DNA of 64,000 nt from Vicinamibacteria bacterium (GTDB lineage: Bacteria; Acidobacteriota; Vicinamibacteria; Marinacidobacterales; Marinacidobacteraceae), in the NCBI GenBank assembly GCA_963555995.3, contig OY821641.1:1408001-1472000 (forward strand), written 5' to 3'. Made by a program: the position numbers and the translations under genes. Below are positions 38,659 to 47,871 of this stretch, one piece after another. The notes below the pieces were generated by a model. It searched no databases. It was not told the DNA's origin and was given only the letters and a program-made list of their open reading frames with translations. Position 1 is the first letter of the stretch; each line of letters begins with the position of its first letter.

Positions 38659-41250
38659 ATGACCCTCGAAGCCCTCTGGCCGCTCCTCCTGCTGCCGCTC
38701 CTCGGCGTGGTGGTGCTGGTGGCGCTCCGCTCGGACCTCCGCTGGCCGAAGCTGCGGCTGCGCGCCTCGCTGGTGCTGCGGCTGCTCGCCGCCGCCTTCC
38801 TGCTGCTCGCGCTCTGCCGGCCGGTGGTCCGCGCCGGATCGCGGGAGGTGGCCGTGGCGTTCGTGGTGGACGTCTCCCGCAGCGTGGCCTCGGGGGCGAT
38901 GCAGGACGCGGTCGCCTGGGCCCGGGAGGCAAGCCGGGCGCTCGGCAGCGACGACGCGCACTTCGTGGCCTTCGCCGACCGCGCGGTGTCCGTGCCGGAC
39001 GCGGACGCGCTGCTGGAGGTCCAGGTCTTCGACAGCGGGGCGGCGGCGGGGCTTCCGCCTCCGGACGCGCTGGACCAGGGCCGGACGAACATCGAGGCGG
39101 CGCTTCGCCACGCCGCGGCGCGCCTCCCGCCCGACCGGCTGAAGCGGGTGGTGCTGTTCAGCGACGGCAGGGAGACGGAGGGCGATACCGCCGCGGCGCT
39201 GGCGTTCCTCAAGGAGGCGGGCGTGCGGGTCTTCCCGGCTCCGTCGGGGGTGCGGAGCGACGGCGGCGGTTTCGTGAACGCGATCCGGCTGCCGCCCGCC
39301 GTGCGGGCGGGAGAGATGACCGGGGTCGAGGCCGAGGTGTTCTCGGCGGCCGGCGGCCCGGCCGAGATCCGGGTCCTCGCCGACGGCGAGGTGCTGGCCG
39401 CCATCGAGGTCGAACTCCCGCCCGGCGCTTCGACCGTGCCGGTGCCGGTGCGCATCGAGGATCCGGGCATGACGGTCCTCGAAGCGGAGATCCGGGTGGC
39501 CGGCGACCGCCTTCCGGTCAACGACCGGCGGGCCGTCGAGGTGCCGGTGGAAGAAGAGGCGAGCGTGCTCTACGTCGAGGGGCAGCCCGAGAGCGCCCGG
39601 TACCTCAGGACGGCGCTGGAGTCCGAGGGCGTCACGGTGAACACCGCCCCGGCGTCGGCGCTTCCCCGGCTCGACCTCAACACCTGGGACGCCGTGGTGT
39701 TGAGCGACGTGGCCCCCGACCGGCTTCCCGATCCGGTGATGGAGCAGGTGGCGGCCTACGTCCGCGACGAGGGCGGGGGGCTGGTGTTCGCCGCGGGCGA
39801 GTCCAGCTACGGGGAGGACGGGTACTCGGAGTCGGTGCTCGAAGAGGCGCTGCCGGTGGACTTCCAGATCGAGGAGAAGTGGAAGGACCTGTCCCTCGTG
39901 ATCGTGCTGGACAAGTCCTACAGCATGTACGGGAGGAAGATCGCGCTGGCCAAGGAGGCCACCAAGGCCGCGCTGGATCTGCTCGAGGACACCCACCGCT
40001 TCGGCGTCGTGACCTTCGACTGGAACCCCTACACCACGATCCCCCTGCAACTGGTCACCGACCGGGAGTGGATCAAGGAGGGGATCAGCCGGATCCAGGC
40101 GAGCGCCCAGACGAACATCTATCCCGCCCTCGACCGCGCCTACGAACAGCTCATCGAGAGCCCTTCCAAGGTCAAGCACGTGATCCTGCTCTCGGACGGG
40201 AAGACCTATCCCGACGACTACGAGGAGCTCGTCATCCGGATGATGGAGGACGAGATCACCATCTCGACCGTGGCGGTGGGCGAAGAGGCCGACCGGGAAC
40301 TGCTCTCGGACATCGCCGAATGGGGCGACGGACGCAGCTACTTCATCCGGGACGCGGGACGGGTGCAGCAGATCTTCGTCGAGGAGACCCAGATCGCCCT
40401 CGACGCCACCCTGGTCGAGGAGCCGTTCCGCCCGGTGGTGCGGCAGATGGCGCGCGTGCTCGAGGGGCTGGACTTCGACGCCGCCCCGGAACTCAAGGGC
40501 TTCGTGGCGACGATGGCGAAGGACACCGCGGAGGTGCTCCTCGAAGGCCCCGACGAGGAGCCGCTCCTCGCCCGCTGGCAGTACGGGCTCGGCCGGGCGT
40601 CCATGTTCACCTCCGACTGCAAGAACCGCTGGGCCGCCGACTGGGTGGAATGGGACGGCTACGGCAAGTTCTGGACGCAGGTGGTGCGCGACGCGATGCG
40701 CCGGGGAGAGGGCGCCGATCTCGACTTCGAGGTGTCCCGGCGCGGGAACGCCGCCGACGTGCGCCTGTCGCTGATCCGCGAGGACGGCAGCTATCCCGAG
40801 GACGTGGCGCCCGAACTCGAGATCTCGTACGCCGGGCTCGTGGGCCGCACCACGATCCGGCAGACCGGCCCGGGAAGGTTCGAGGCCGAGGTGCCGCTTG
40901 ACCTGCGTCCCGGCGACACGGCGCGCTTCCGCATCGTCGGCGAGTCGCTTCCCGACGATCTCGCCGAGGGCGCCGACCTCGAGCGGGCCATCCACCTGAG
41001 CTATCCCGACGAGTACCGCTTCCTGCCGGCGGACGGCGAGGCCCTCGCGGCGCTGGCCGCGGAGACGGGCGGCGTCGTGGCGCCGACCCCGGCGCAGGTG
41101 CTCGCGACCGCCGGCGACCGGGTGGTGCGCTCGCGCGCCCTGTGGCCGCTGCTCGCGCTGCTGGGCCTGATCGCCTACCTGCTCGACCTCTCGGTCCGCC
41201 GCGTCCCCTGGCTCTGGACGCGGATCGGCCGGCAGTTGCGGCCCGCCTGA
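38659..41250 (+). CDS. Membrane protein with two VWA domains and a glutamine amidotransferase-like domain
   Basis: DVSRSV, LFSDG, DKSYSM, LLSDG, PLLARWQYGLGR, RWAADWVEW. Confidence 0.88.
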   Translation: MTLEALWPLLLLPLLGVVVLVALRSDLRWPKLRLRASLVLRLLAAAFLLLALCRPVVRAGSREVAVAFVVDVSRSVASGAMQDAVAWAREASRALGSDDAHFVAFADRAVSVPDADALLEVQVFDSGAAAGLPPPDALDQGRTNIEAALRHAAARLPPDRLKRVVLFSDGRETEGDTAAALAFLKEAGVRVFPAPSGVRSDGGGFVNAIRLPPAVRAGEMTGVEAEVFSAAGGPAEIRVLADGEVLAAIEVELPPGASTVPVPVRIEDPGMTVLEAEIRVAGDRLPVNDRRAVEVPVEEEASVLYVEGQPESARYLRTALESEGVTVNTAPASALPRLDLNTWDAVVLSDVAPDRLPDPVMEQVAAYVRDEGGGLVFAAGESSYGEDGYSESVLEEALPVDFQIEEKWKDLSLVIVLDKSYSMYGRKIALAKEATKAALDLLEDTHRFGVVTFDWNPYTTIPLQLVTDREWIKEGISRIQASAQTNIYPALDRAYEQLIESPSKVKHVILLSDGKTYPDDYEELVIRMMEDEITISTVAVGEEADRELLSDIAEWGDGRSYFIRDAGRVQQIFVEETQIALDATLVEEPFRPVVRQMARVLEGLDFDAAPELKGFVATMAKDTAEVLLEGPDEEPLLARWQYGLGRASMFTSDCKNRWAADWVEWDGYGKFWTQVVRDAMRRGEGADLDFEVSRRGNAADVRLSLIREDGSYPEDVAPELEISYAGLVGRTTIRQTGPGRFEAEVPLDLRPGDTARFRIVGESLPDDLAEGADLERAIHLSYPDEYRFLPADGEALAALAAETGGVVAPTPAQVLATAGDRVVRSRALWPLLALLGLIAYLLDLSVRRVPWLWTRIGRQLRPA

Positions 41251-41320
41251 CGCGCGCGGTCAACAGCCGCGGGCGTAGAAGGCGCCGGTGCGGCGCGACC
41301 CGGACGAGAAAGAACGGCGA

Positions 41321-42268
41321 TCAGCGCAGTGCGTGGCTCGCGAGGACCTTGCCGCGCGCCCGGACCACGATGCGGCGGACCCCGCGATGCCGGTCCGGAG
41401 GCAGGTTCCAGAACCGGTAGCGGTGGGGCGGCCCGCCGGGCAGCGAGGCCACGATCTCCGGTTGGACGGCGCCCTCGAGCAGCACTTCGATCCGGTCCCC
41501 GGGAGATCCTCCGGCGAGCGAGAGGCCGATGCCGAGCGTCTGGTGCGGAGCGATTCGGTCCGCATTCGGCGGTGGGTCCTTGAGCGCGTCCTCACCCCCG
41601 ATCGGCCCGTCCCGGACGACCAGGTCCATCAGGGTGAGCGCGTTCTCGTAGGGCGGGGGATCGGTCCACAGGTTGGGCCGGAAGGGATCGAGGACCGCGC
41701 CGCCGGGACCGCGCACCTCGAAGTGGAGGTGCGGCGCCGTGGAACAGCCGGAACTGCCGACCTCCCCCAGCGGCTCTCCCGCCGCGACGGTCTGCCCGAC
41801 GGCAACCTTGACCGATCCCCGGCGGAGGTGGAGATAGCGGGAACGCGTCCCGTCGGCGTGGGTGAGTTCGACGAGATTCGGCGCCTTCAGGATGCCGAGG
41901 AATCCACAGGCGACGTTCCGGTCGAACTCACCGTCGTGCGTTGCGGTCACCCGGCCGCCGGCGGCCGCCAGGACGGGGAATCCCCGATCCATCCAGCGGA
42001 AGTTGGGCACGTCCCAATCGGTGCCCTGATGGCGGTTGTAGGTCCTCCGGCCGCCCCGGTAGTCGCGGACGCCGGCCCCGGGGTCCCGGTCCACGTAGTT
42101 GTTGATCACCCAGTCCCGGCCGGCGACCCCGCCGAGCGGCAGGACGAAGCGGACGCGCGGGTCGGGAGCGGGTTCGGACACCCCCGGGCCGCGGCATCCC
42201 GGCAGGACCGCGAGCCAGACGAACGCGGCGCCGAGACCGCGCCGAAACGGGCTGGCCCCGGCCGTCAG
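41321..42268 (-). CDS. M23 family metallopeptidase (start uncertain)
   Basis: YNRHQGTD, VLAAAGG, YLHLRRGS, GSSGCSTAPHLHFEV; lipobox-like LPGC. Confidence 0.85.
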   Translation of the reverse strand: MTAGASPFRRGLGAAFVWLAVLPGCRGPGVSEPAPDPRVRFVLPLGGVAGRDWVINNYVDRDPGAGVRDYRGGRRTYNRHQGTDWDVPNFRWMDRGFPVLAAAGGRVTATHDGEFDRNVACGFLGILKAPNLVELTHADGTRSRYLHLRRGSVKVAVGQTVAAGEPLGEVGSSGCSTAPHLHFEVRGPGGAVLDPFRPNLWTDPPPYENALTLMDLVVRDGPIGGEDALKDPPPNADRIAPHQTLGIGLSLAGGSPGDRIEVLLEGAVQPEIVASLPGGPPHRYRFWNLPPDRHRGVRRIVVRARGKVLASHALR

Positions 42269-43731
42269 GGCTGCTCCGCGGCTTCCGCCTGCCGGCGAAT
42301 GGAGTAGAGGTGGTTCTGCGTGCGGATCAGGAGGCGGTCTCCCACGATGGCCGGGGAGGCCAGGCTCCAGTCGCCCAGGTCGTTGACGCCGGCCAGGCGG
42401 TATTCGTCGTCGGCCTCGATCACGAAGGTGTCGCCCTCCTCCCCGAGGGCGAACACGTATCCTCCGTAGGCCCACGGCGAGGCGGTGAAGGCGGCGGCGC
42501 CCTCCGCAATCCGGGAGCGATAGACCCGTTCGCCCGTATCCACGTCGTAGCGGGCGAAGATGCCGCGCGAATACAGCACGTAGAGGGCGCCGTCATAGAT
42601 CACGGGGGTCGGCAGGTAGGTCCCGCCGGCGAGGCGGTCGTACCAGACGACGTGCTCGTTCGAGTCGGCGCCTTCGGGCGGGGTGATGTCTCCCGAGCCT
42701 CCGGGACGGATCGCGGCGAGCGGCCGGTACTGGCCGCCGGAGGCGCCGGCGGAGATGAAGAGGCGCCCCTCCCACGCGAAGGGGCTCTGGATTGGGCTTC
42801 CCGCCGTCCGCCCCATCCGCCAGAGCGGGTTGCCGTCGAGGTCGTAGCTGATCACGATCCCTGGTCCGACGGTCACGATCTCACTGCGCACCTCGTTCTC
42901 CCAGACGAAGGGAGTGGACCAGCCCGTCCTGCGCCGCTCGGTGATCTCGCGCGGGGTGCGCCAGAGTTCCTCTCCGCTGCGCTTGTCGAAAGCGGCGAGG
43001 AAACCCGACTCCTCGTTGTCGTTCAGGACGTAGAGGCGGTCTCCGGAGAGCGCCGGGGAGGCGCCGGTGCCGAAGTCGCGGACGGTCGGATGCGCCGCGA
43101 GAGGGGCGTCCCACGCCGGGTTCCCCTCCATGTCGAAGGCGAACAGCCCGTGATGGGTGAAATAGGCATAGACGTTCGTCCCGTCGGTCACCGGCGTCTC
43201 GGAGGCGTAGCTGTTCTTCCGGTGCCGGCCCCCGAGCGGCTGCCCGCGGTACACCTCCCGCTCCCAGAGCAGGGCCCCCGTCTCGAGGTCGAGGGCGAAG
43301 ACGTGGAGGCCGATCACGACCTCTTCGGGCAGTTCGCGATCGCGGGCGAAGAGGCGCCGGTTGACCTCCTCGGGGGGCAGGCCCTGGGCGCGCAGTTCGG
43401 CGATGTAGTTGTTGCTGAAATCGGTCCCGAGCGACGGTCCCTTCATTTCCTGGGGGCTGGTGGCGGCGGTCAGGAAGATGCGGTTCCCCCAGACCACCGG
43501 GGATGACCAGCCCACCCCGGGGACCGCGGCCACCCACTCGACGTTCTCGGTCCGGGACCAGGTGATGGGCAGGTCCGGGTGGTCGCCCACGGGGTTTGCG
43601 AGCGGCCCCCGGAAGCGGGGCCAGTTCGGGGAAGCCTCGGTTTCGGCCGGAGGCGTCTCGCCCGAACCCGGCGCGGGCGCGGCGGCGAGGACGACGAAGG
43701 CGGCGAGCGCCGCGAGCGGTAGCGGTCTCAT
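42265..43731 (-). CDS. PQQ-like beta-propeller (BamB-like) exported protein
   Basis: NWPRFRGP, GWSSPVVWG, NSYASETPVTDG, WSTP, ASPA. Confidence 0.9.
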   Translation of the reverse strand: MRPLPLAALAAFVVLAAAPAPGSGETPPAETEASPNWPRFRGPLANPVGDHPDLPITWSRTENVEWVAAVPGVGWSSPVVWGNRIFLTAATSPQEMKGPSLGTDFSNNYIAELRAQGLPPEEVNRRLFARDRELPEEVVIGLHVFALDLETGALLWEREVYRGQPLGGRHRKNSYASETPVTDGTNVYAYFTHHGLFAFDMEGNPAWDAPLAAHPTVRDFGTGASPALSGDRLYVLNDNEESGFLAAFDKRSGEELWRTPREITERRRTGWSTPFVWENEVRSEIVTVGPGIVISYDLDGNPLWRMGRTAGSPIQSPFAWEGRLFISAGASGGQYRPLAAIRPGGSGDITPPEGADSNEHVVWYDRLAGGTYLPTPVIYDGALYVLYSRGIFARYDVDTGERVYRSRIAEGAAAFTASPWAYGGYVFALGEEGDTFVIEADDEYRLAGVNDLGDWSLASPAIVGDRLLIRTQNHLYSIRRQAEAAEQP

Positions 43732-43741
43732 TCGGGGGATC

Positions 43742-44605
43742 TCATTCGGGAATCAGGGACGGAGGCATCCCGGTGCGCTTGCTGCCGGCATCCTTCCAGG
43801 CGTCGTAGCGGAGCCGGAGGGTGATGACGGGGTTGGCGTTCTCGTGGGGCTGGATGTCCTCGTCGGTGGCGCTGATGTAGGCGTAGTAGTCGCCGTCATT
43901 GTGCGAAGCGCCGAGCGCGTCGTCCCGGTTCGCAATGGCGATGTAGGCGACGTGCGAGGCCTTGCCGTCGCAGGGCGCGGCGGGCTTCGGTTCCTCCTCG
44001 CAGGTGCATCGCTTGTCGCCGCCGGCCCGGTCCGCGCCTTCCATGGCGGCCATCACCCGGTCGGCCAGGGTGCCCTTCGCCCGCATGAACGCGAGCACCG
44101 CGTCCTCCGCCACGTCGTCGTCGAAGAGGATGTTCCCCTGCACCTGGACGAAGATGTCGTCTCCGACCTGGCCCGCCACGTAGAGCGACGCGGCGCTGTT
44201 GCGGCTCCCGTTGAAGCCGGCGCTCCGGCCTTGGAGATCGAGGATGCCGAACTGCCGCCGTTCCATCTGGGGCTCGTCCTTGAGGTTCTCCTGCTCGCGA
44301 AGGAGTTCGATGATCCGCTCCGGATCGGTCCCCTTCCGGATTTCCTCATAGACGAGCATCTGGTTCGCGCGGGTGTTGTCCACGCCGGCCTGGCAGGCGG
44401 CGACCCCCACGCCGGGCACGATCACCGCCTGGATGTCCATCAGGTCCCGCGCCGGCCGCGGCGGAAACCGCGACTGGCGAACGCAGGTAGCGGACGCGAC
44501 GATCACCTGGCCGGAGTTCCGGTCCACCGCGATCACCGACCAGGTGGCGAGCGCCGCCGACGGCGCCAGCAGAACCAGCGCGAGTGCGATGCCGATGCGT
44601 CTCAT
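43742..44605 (-). CDS. DUF1028 (Ntn-hydrolase-like) exported protein
   Basis: Signal peptide followed by TWSVIAVD; RRQFGI, QGNIL, GGDKRC. Confidence 0.88.
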   Translation of the reverse strand: MRRIGIALALVLLAPSAALATWSVIAVDRNSGQVIVASATCVRQSRFPPRPARDLMDIQAVIVPGVGVAACQAGVDNTRANQMLVYEEIRKGTDPERIIELLREQENLKDEPQMERRQFGILDLQGRSAGFNGSRNSAASLYVAGQVGDDIFVQVQGNILFDDDVAEDAVLAFMRAKGTLADRVMAAMEGADRAGGDKRCTCEEEPKPAAPCDGKASHVAYIAIANRDDALGASHNDGDYYAYISATDEDIQPHENANPVITLRLRYDAWKDAGSKRTGMPPSLIPE

Positions 44606-44687
44606 GGAACGCCTCCTCGGAATCCGCCAATGGTGTCAGATCAGGGCAGGGCGGTGGGTCGCAAACGCCCAGCGAGGCGAACCGGAA

Positions 44688-44718
44688 GGGACCGCCGGTC
44701 TTCAGACCGGCATCGCGG
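44688..44718 (+). repeat. REP-like element upstream of cas3
   Basis: GGGACCGCCGGTCTTCAGACCGGCATCGCGG. Confidence 0.7.
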
Positions 44719-44994
44719 CCCGGCGGGCCGCAACGGCAGACAGCCACTCCGAACACGATGCCGGCGCTCAAGTCGGCATCGCGCGGAAGCGGGCCGCGTG
44801 TCACGACTCTCGGTTTGGCCAATCTCAATGGGGCTCGCGCTCAACCGGGCAAGCAAAGCGGGCATCGAGAGGTGACAGGTATTGGCGTATGGAGGGGTGA
44901 TACTGACCCACTGATGCCGCAATTGCCCCGTCGTCACTCGCGACGGCAGGTTCAGCGGGCGCAGCCCGCCGGCCATTCCGTTCGAGTCCACTGA

Positions 44995-47631
44995 ATGTCA
45001 GACGCCTCCGTACCCTTGTCCCAGGTGGACCCGAATCGGGCTGTCGCCTGGGCCAAGGTCCGCGAGGAAGCCGACGGCGGAGTTCGGCGTCTCAGCCTCA
45101 CGGACCACTCGGTGGACGTGGCGGCAATGGCGGAGGCCCTGCTGCGTTCCCCAACGCTGGGAGCGCGACTCGGACGGCTCGCGGGCCGGCCGCTGACCGA
45201 GGTGGACATCGCCCGATTCAGTTTTTTCGCTGGGCTCCATGATGTCGGCAAGGCCGTCCATCCCTTCCAGCGGCGGCTGCGCGACGGGTCGCGGGCCTCC
45301 CACACGGCGCCGGTCTGGGTCCTGTTCGGCTCCGGCAGCTTTCCCTCGGAAACGAGCCAACGGGTCGCCGCCTCGCTAGGGCGAGAGCGCTGGCGTACGT
45401 GGTTCGCCGCGGCGGACGACCAGAAGGCTCTCTGGGATGTCGTGCTGGCGCACCACGGCAGCCTTCCGGCAGATCCCGCGCCCCCGAGACCGGCCGACTG
45501 GGACGCGGATGCGCTTACCGGCTACGCCCCCCTCGCCGCCGTCGCGGAGGTGGTCCAGACGCTTGAAGCCATGTTTCCCGAGGCATTCAGCGGAGCCGAA
45601 ACGCCGTTGCCCGCGTCTCCGCGCTTCCTCCACGCGCTGGCCGGACTCATCGTCCTCGCCGACTGGCTTGGTTCGGACGAACAGCGTTTTCGTTTTCCGG
45701 TGGATGACGCTCCGGAAGGAAGAGCCAGGATCGACTGGTCGCGCGGAACGGCGGCGAAGTCTGCCCGCGCGCGGTGGTTCGACCTGTCCTCGACGCGCGA
45801 GCAGGCCGACCGGCTGCGCCTCGATTTCGGGGCGCTGTTCCCGGAGTTGGCGGACCCCCGCCCGGCACAGCAAGCCGTCCTTGATGCTCCCGAACCGCGC
45901 ACGGGCCAAGTAGTCGTCCTCGAAGCGGAGACGGGGTCCGGGAAGACGGAAGCCGCGCTGATCCATTTCCTGCGCCTGTTTCGGCTTGCCGAGGTGGACG
46001 GGCTGTACTTTGCCCTCCCGACGCGCGCGGCCGCCGTCCAGATTCATCGTCGCATCTCGGAGACGGTGCGGCGCTGGTTCGGCGAGACCGCACCCCCGGT
46101 GACGCTCGCGGTTCCGGGTTATCTGCGAGTGGACGATCAGAAAGGGCGGGCGCTCCCGGATGGCTGGCGCGTCCTTTGGGACGACGAGCGCACGCGCGAG
46201 CGGGGATGGGCAGCGGAGAACGCGAAGCGCTATCTGTCCGGCGCGATCGTCGTGGGGACGATAGACCAGGCGCTGCTGGGAGGGCTCCGGATCCGACACG
46301 CGCAGCTTCGCTCGGGACCGATGTTGCGGCTACTGCTGGTTGTGGACGAGGTGCACGCCTCGGACGCCTACATGACGACCCTTCTGCGGAACCTCCTCGA
46401 CCAGCACACGGCCAGCGGCAGCCATGCCCTGTTGATGTCGGCCACCCTGGGTGCCTCGGCTCGGGAACGGCTGTTGCAGCCGGCCCTTGCCCGGGTTCCC
46501 ACCCCAGCGCTGGAAGAAGTCCAGAAGTCCGCGTATCCGTCCATGCAGCGGAGTGGCGAGCGCCTCCGTCCGCTCGCGGCTGACGGCCGGTCCAGGCGGA
46601 TTGCGGTCGAGCTCTCCGATCCTGCATCGGACGAAGACTCCCTCTTCGCCAGGCTCCGGGACGCCGCCGCGTCCGGTGCGGTGGTCCTCTTCATCCGCAA
46701 CCGCGTCAGGGACGCCCAGCAGGCGGTTCTTCGGCTGGAAGCAATGGGGACGGCCCTGTTCCGTTGCCGCAATGTAGCTGCGCCCCATCACGGGCGCTTC
46801 GCACCCGAAGATCGGACGCTTCTCGATGAGTCTCTCGAACGGGCGCTCGGAAAGGGAAGGGAGCGACGGGGGGTCGTGGCGGTAGCGACCCAGACCGCCG
46901 AACAGTCTCTCGACATCTGCGCCGATTGGCTGGTGACCGACATCGCGCCAGGCGATGTGCTCCTGCAGCGCATCGGACGCCTTCATCGCCACCCCGAGAA
47001 TCCGCGCCCCGCCGGGTACGCCGAACCACTGGTCAGCGTCCTTGCACCCTCGGAGCAGAGTCTCGAGAGTCTCCTGAGGCCAGACGGACGGCTTCGACGG
47101 ACGAAGCTGCCGCTCGGCCTCGGATGGGTGTACGACAACCTGGTAGCCGTGCTCGCGACCCGCCGATGGCTCGCCGAGCGCGGCGAGGTCCGCGTCCCCC
47201 GCGACAATCGAGATCTCGTCGAGCACGTGACTCACGACGAAGCACTCCGGGCCTTGACCGAGTCGCTGGGCGGCGCGTGGCCCGCATATCTGGACGCCGT
47301 GCGGATGGGCAGGGCAGTGGAAGGCGGGGCGGCGCTCCCGGTGATGATCCGCTGGGACGAACCACTGGTGGACAATCAGAAGATCACGGAGTTGGCGGCT
47401 CCGACGCGACTCGGGCTTCGGGACCGCCGGGTGATGCTTCCCGATGCCTGCGAAGGCCCTTTCGGATCACCCGTGCGGACACTGAACCTGCCGGAGTGGA
47501 TGATCGAGCCGGACGTGGGGGACGACGCCCGGCCCGAAAACGTGATCGCCTCCGCCGGGACGATCCGGTTCCGGTTCGGCGGGTCGTCGTTCGTCTATGA
47601 CCGCCTGGGGCTGAGAAAGGGCAATGCGTGA
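44995..47631 (+). CDS. cas3: CRISPR-associated helicase/nuclease Cas3
   Basis: WAK, LTDHSVD, LHDVGK (HD), LADWLGS, AETGSGKTE, DEVH, MSAT, HGRF, QRIGRLHRH. Confidence 0.97.
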   Translation: MSDASVPLSQVDPNRAVAWAKVREEADGGVRRLSLTDHSVDVAAMAEALLRSPTLGARLGRLAGRPLTEVDIARFSFFAGLHDVGKAVHPFQRRLRDGSRASHTAPVWVLFGSGSFPSETSQRVAASLGRERWRTWFAAADDQKALWDVVLAHHGSLPADPAPPRPADWDADALTGYAPLAAVAEVVQTLEAMFPEAFSGAETPLPASPRFLHALAGLIVLADWLGSDEQRFRFPVDDAPEGRARIDWSRGTAAKSARARWFDLSSTREQADRLRLDFGALFPELADPRPAQQAVLDAPEPRTGQVVVLEAETGSGKTEAALIHFLRLFRLAEVDGLYFALPTRAAAVQIHRRISETVRRWFGETAPPVTLAVPGYLRVDDQKGRALPDGWRVLWDDERTRERGWAAENAKRYLSGAIVVGTIDQALLGGLRIRHAQLRSGPMLRLLLVVDEVHASDAYMTTLLRNLLDQHTASGSHALLMSATLGASARERLLQPALARVPTPALEEVQKSAYPSMQRSGERLRPLAADGRSRRIAVELSDPASDEDSLFARLRDAAASGAVVLFIRNRVRDAQQAVLRLEAMGTALFRCRNVAAPHHGRFAPEDRTLLDESLERALGKGRERRGVVAVATQTAEQSLDICADWLVTDIAPGDVLLQRIGRLHRHPENPRPAGYAEPLVSVLAPSEQSLESLLRPDGRLRRTKLPLGLGWVYDNLVAVLATRRWLAERGEVRVPRDNRDLVEHVTHDEALRALTESLGGAWPAYLDAVRMGRAVEGGAALPVMIRWDEPLVDNQKITELAAPTRLGLRDRRVMLPDACEGPFGSPVRTLNLPEWMIEPDVGDDARPENVIASAGTIRFRFGGSSFVYDRLGLRKGNA

Positions 47632-47637
47632 GTCAGG

Positions 47638-47714
47638 CCGAAGACCCCGCGAATGCGGGGGAATTCTCCGCTCCAAGAAAGCAGAGGGTCCATCCCCGAA
47701 GGATCGGGGCTATG
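47638..47714 (-). ncRNA. Degenerate CRISPR mini-array (CreR/crlRNA-like): pseudo-repeat, 20-nt guide, pseudo-repeat
   Basis: Minus strand: CATAGCCCCGATCCTTCGGGGATGGACC-C-TCTGCTTTCTTGGAGCGGAG-AATTCCCCCGCATTCGCGGGGTCTTCGG; both units align with the array repeat. Confidence 0.8.
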
Positions 47715-47740
47715 GAAGGAACCATCCGAGGACACGGAAA

Positions 47741-47801
47741 TTCCATGTACCGTCACAGAGTTTATACACTCTAATAATGCAGAATTTGCACTCACCGACA
47801 A
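47741..47801. promoter_or_regulatory. AT-rich promoter region for cas8e (and probably the divergent mini-array), containing the guide target
   Basis: TTCCAT...TTTATACACTCTAATAATGCAGAATTTG. Protospacer-like match at 47783->47764 with AAT at 47786->47784. Confidence 0.6.
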
Positions 47802-47871
47802 GAACGTCCACAATCCCGGATCTCGCCGCCGCGGCACTGGCCTCGGATCGCGTGCGAGAGGGGAGTTGAAC

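Noticed and set aside
38491-40995. Upstream part of the 1530-aa minus-strand ORF, suggesting a giant protein
   Set aside because: It is antisense to the VWA gene; the real LVIVD gene starts at 38490 with an RBS and signal peptide.
47653-47871. 73-aa N-terminal extension of Cas8e in the ORF track
   Set aside because: The region contains the mini-array and promoter; ATG 47872 has an RBS and a typical Cas8e N-terminus.
47715-47871. CreT-like RNA toxin accompanying the mini-array (CreTA)
   Set aside because: No separate strong-SD mini-ORF with rare codons and a hairpin was found, so a CreR-type regulator fits better. A toxin RNA cannot be fully excluded.
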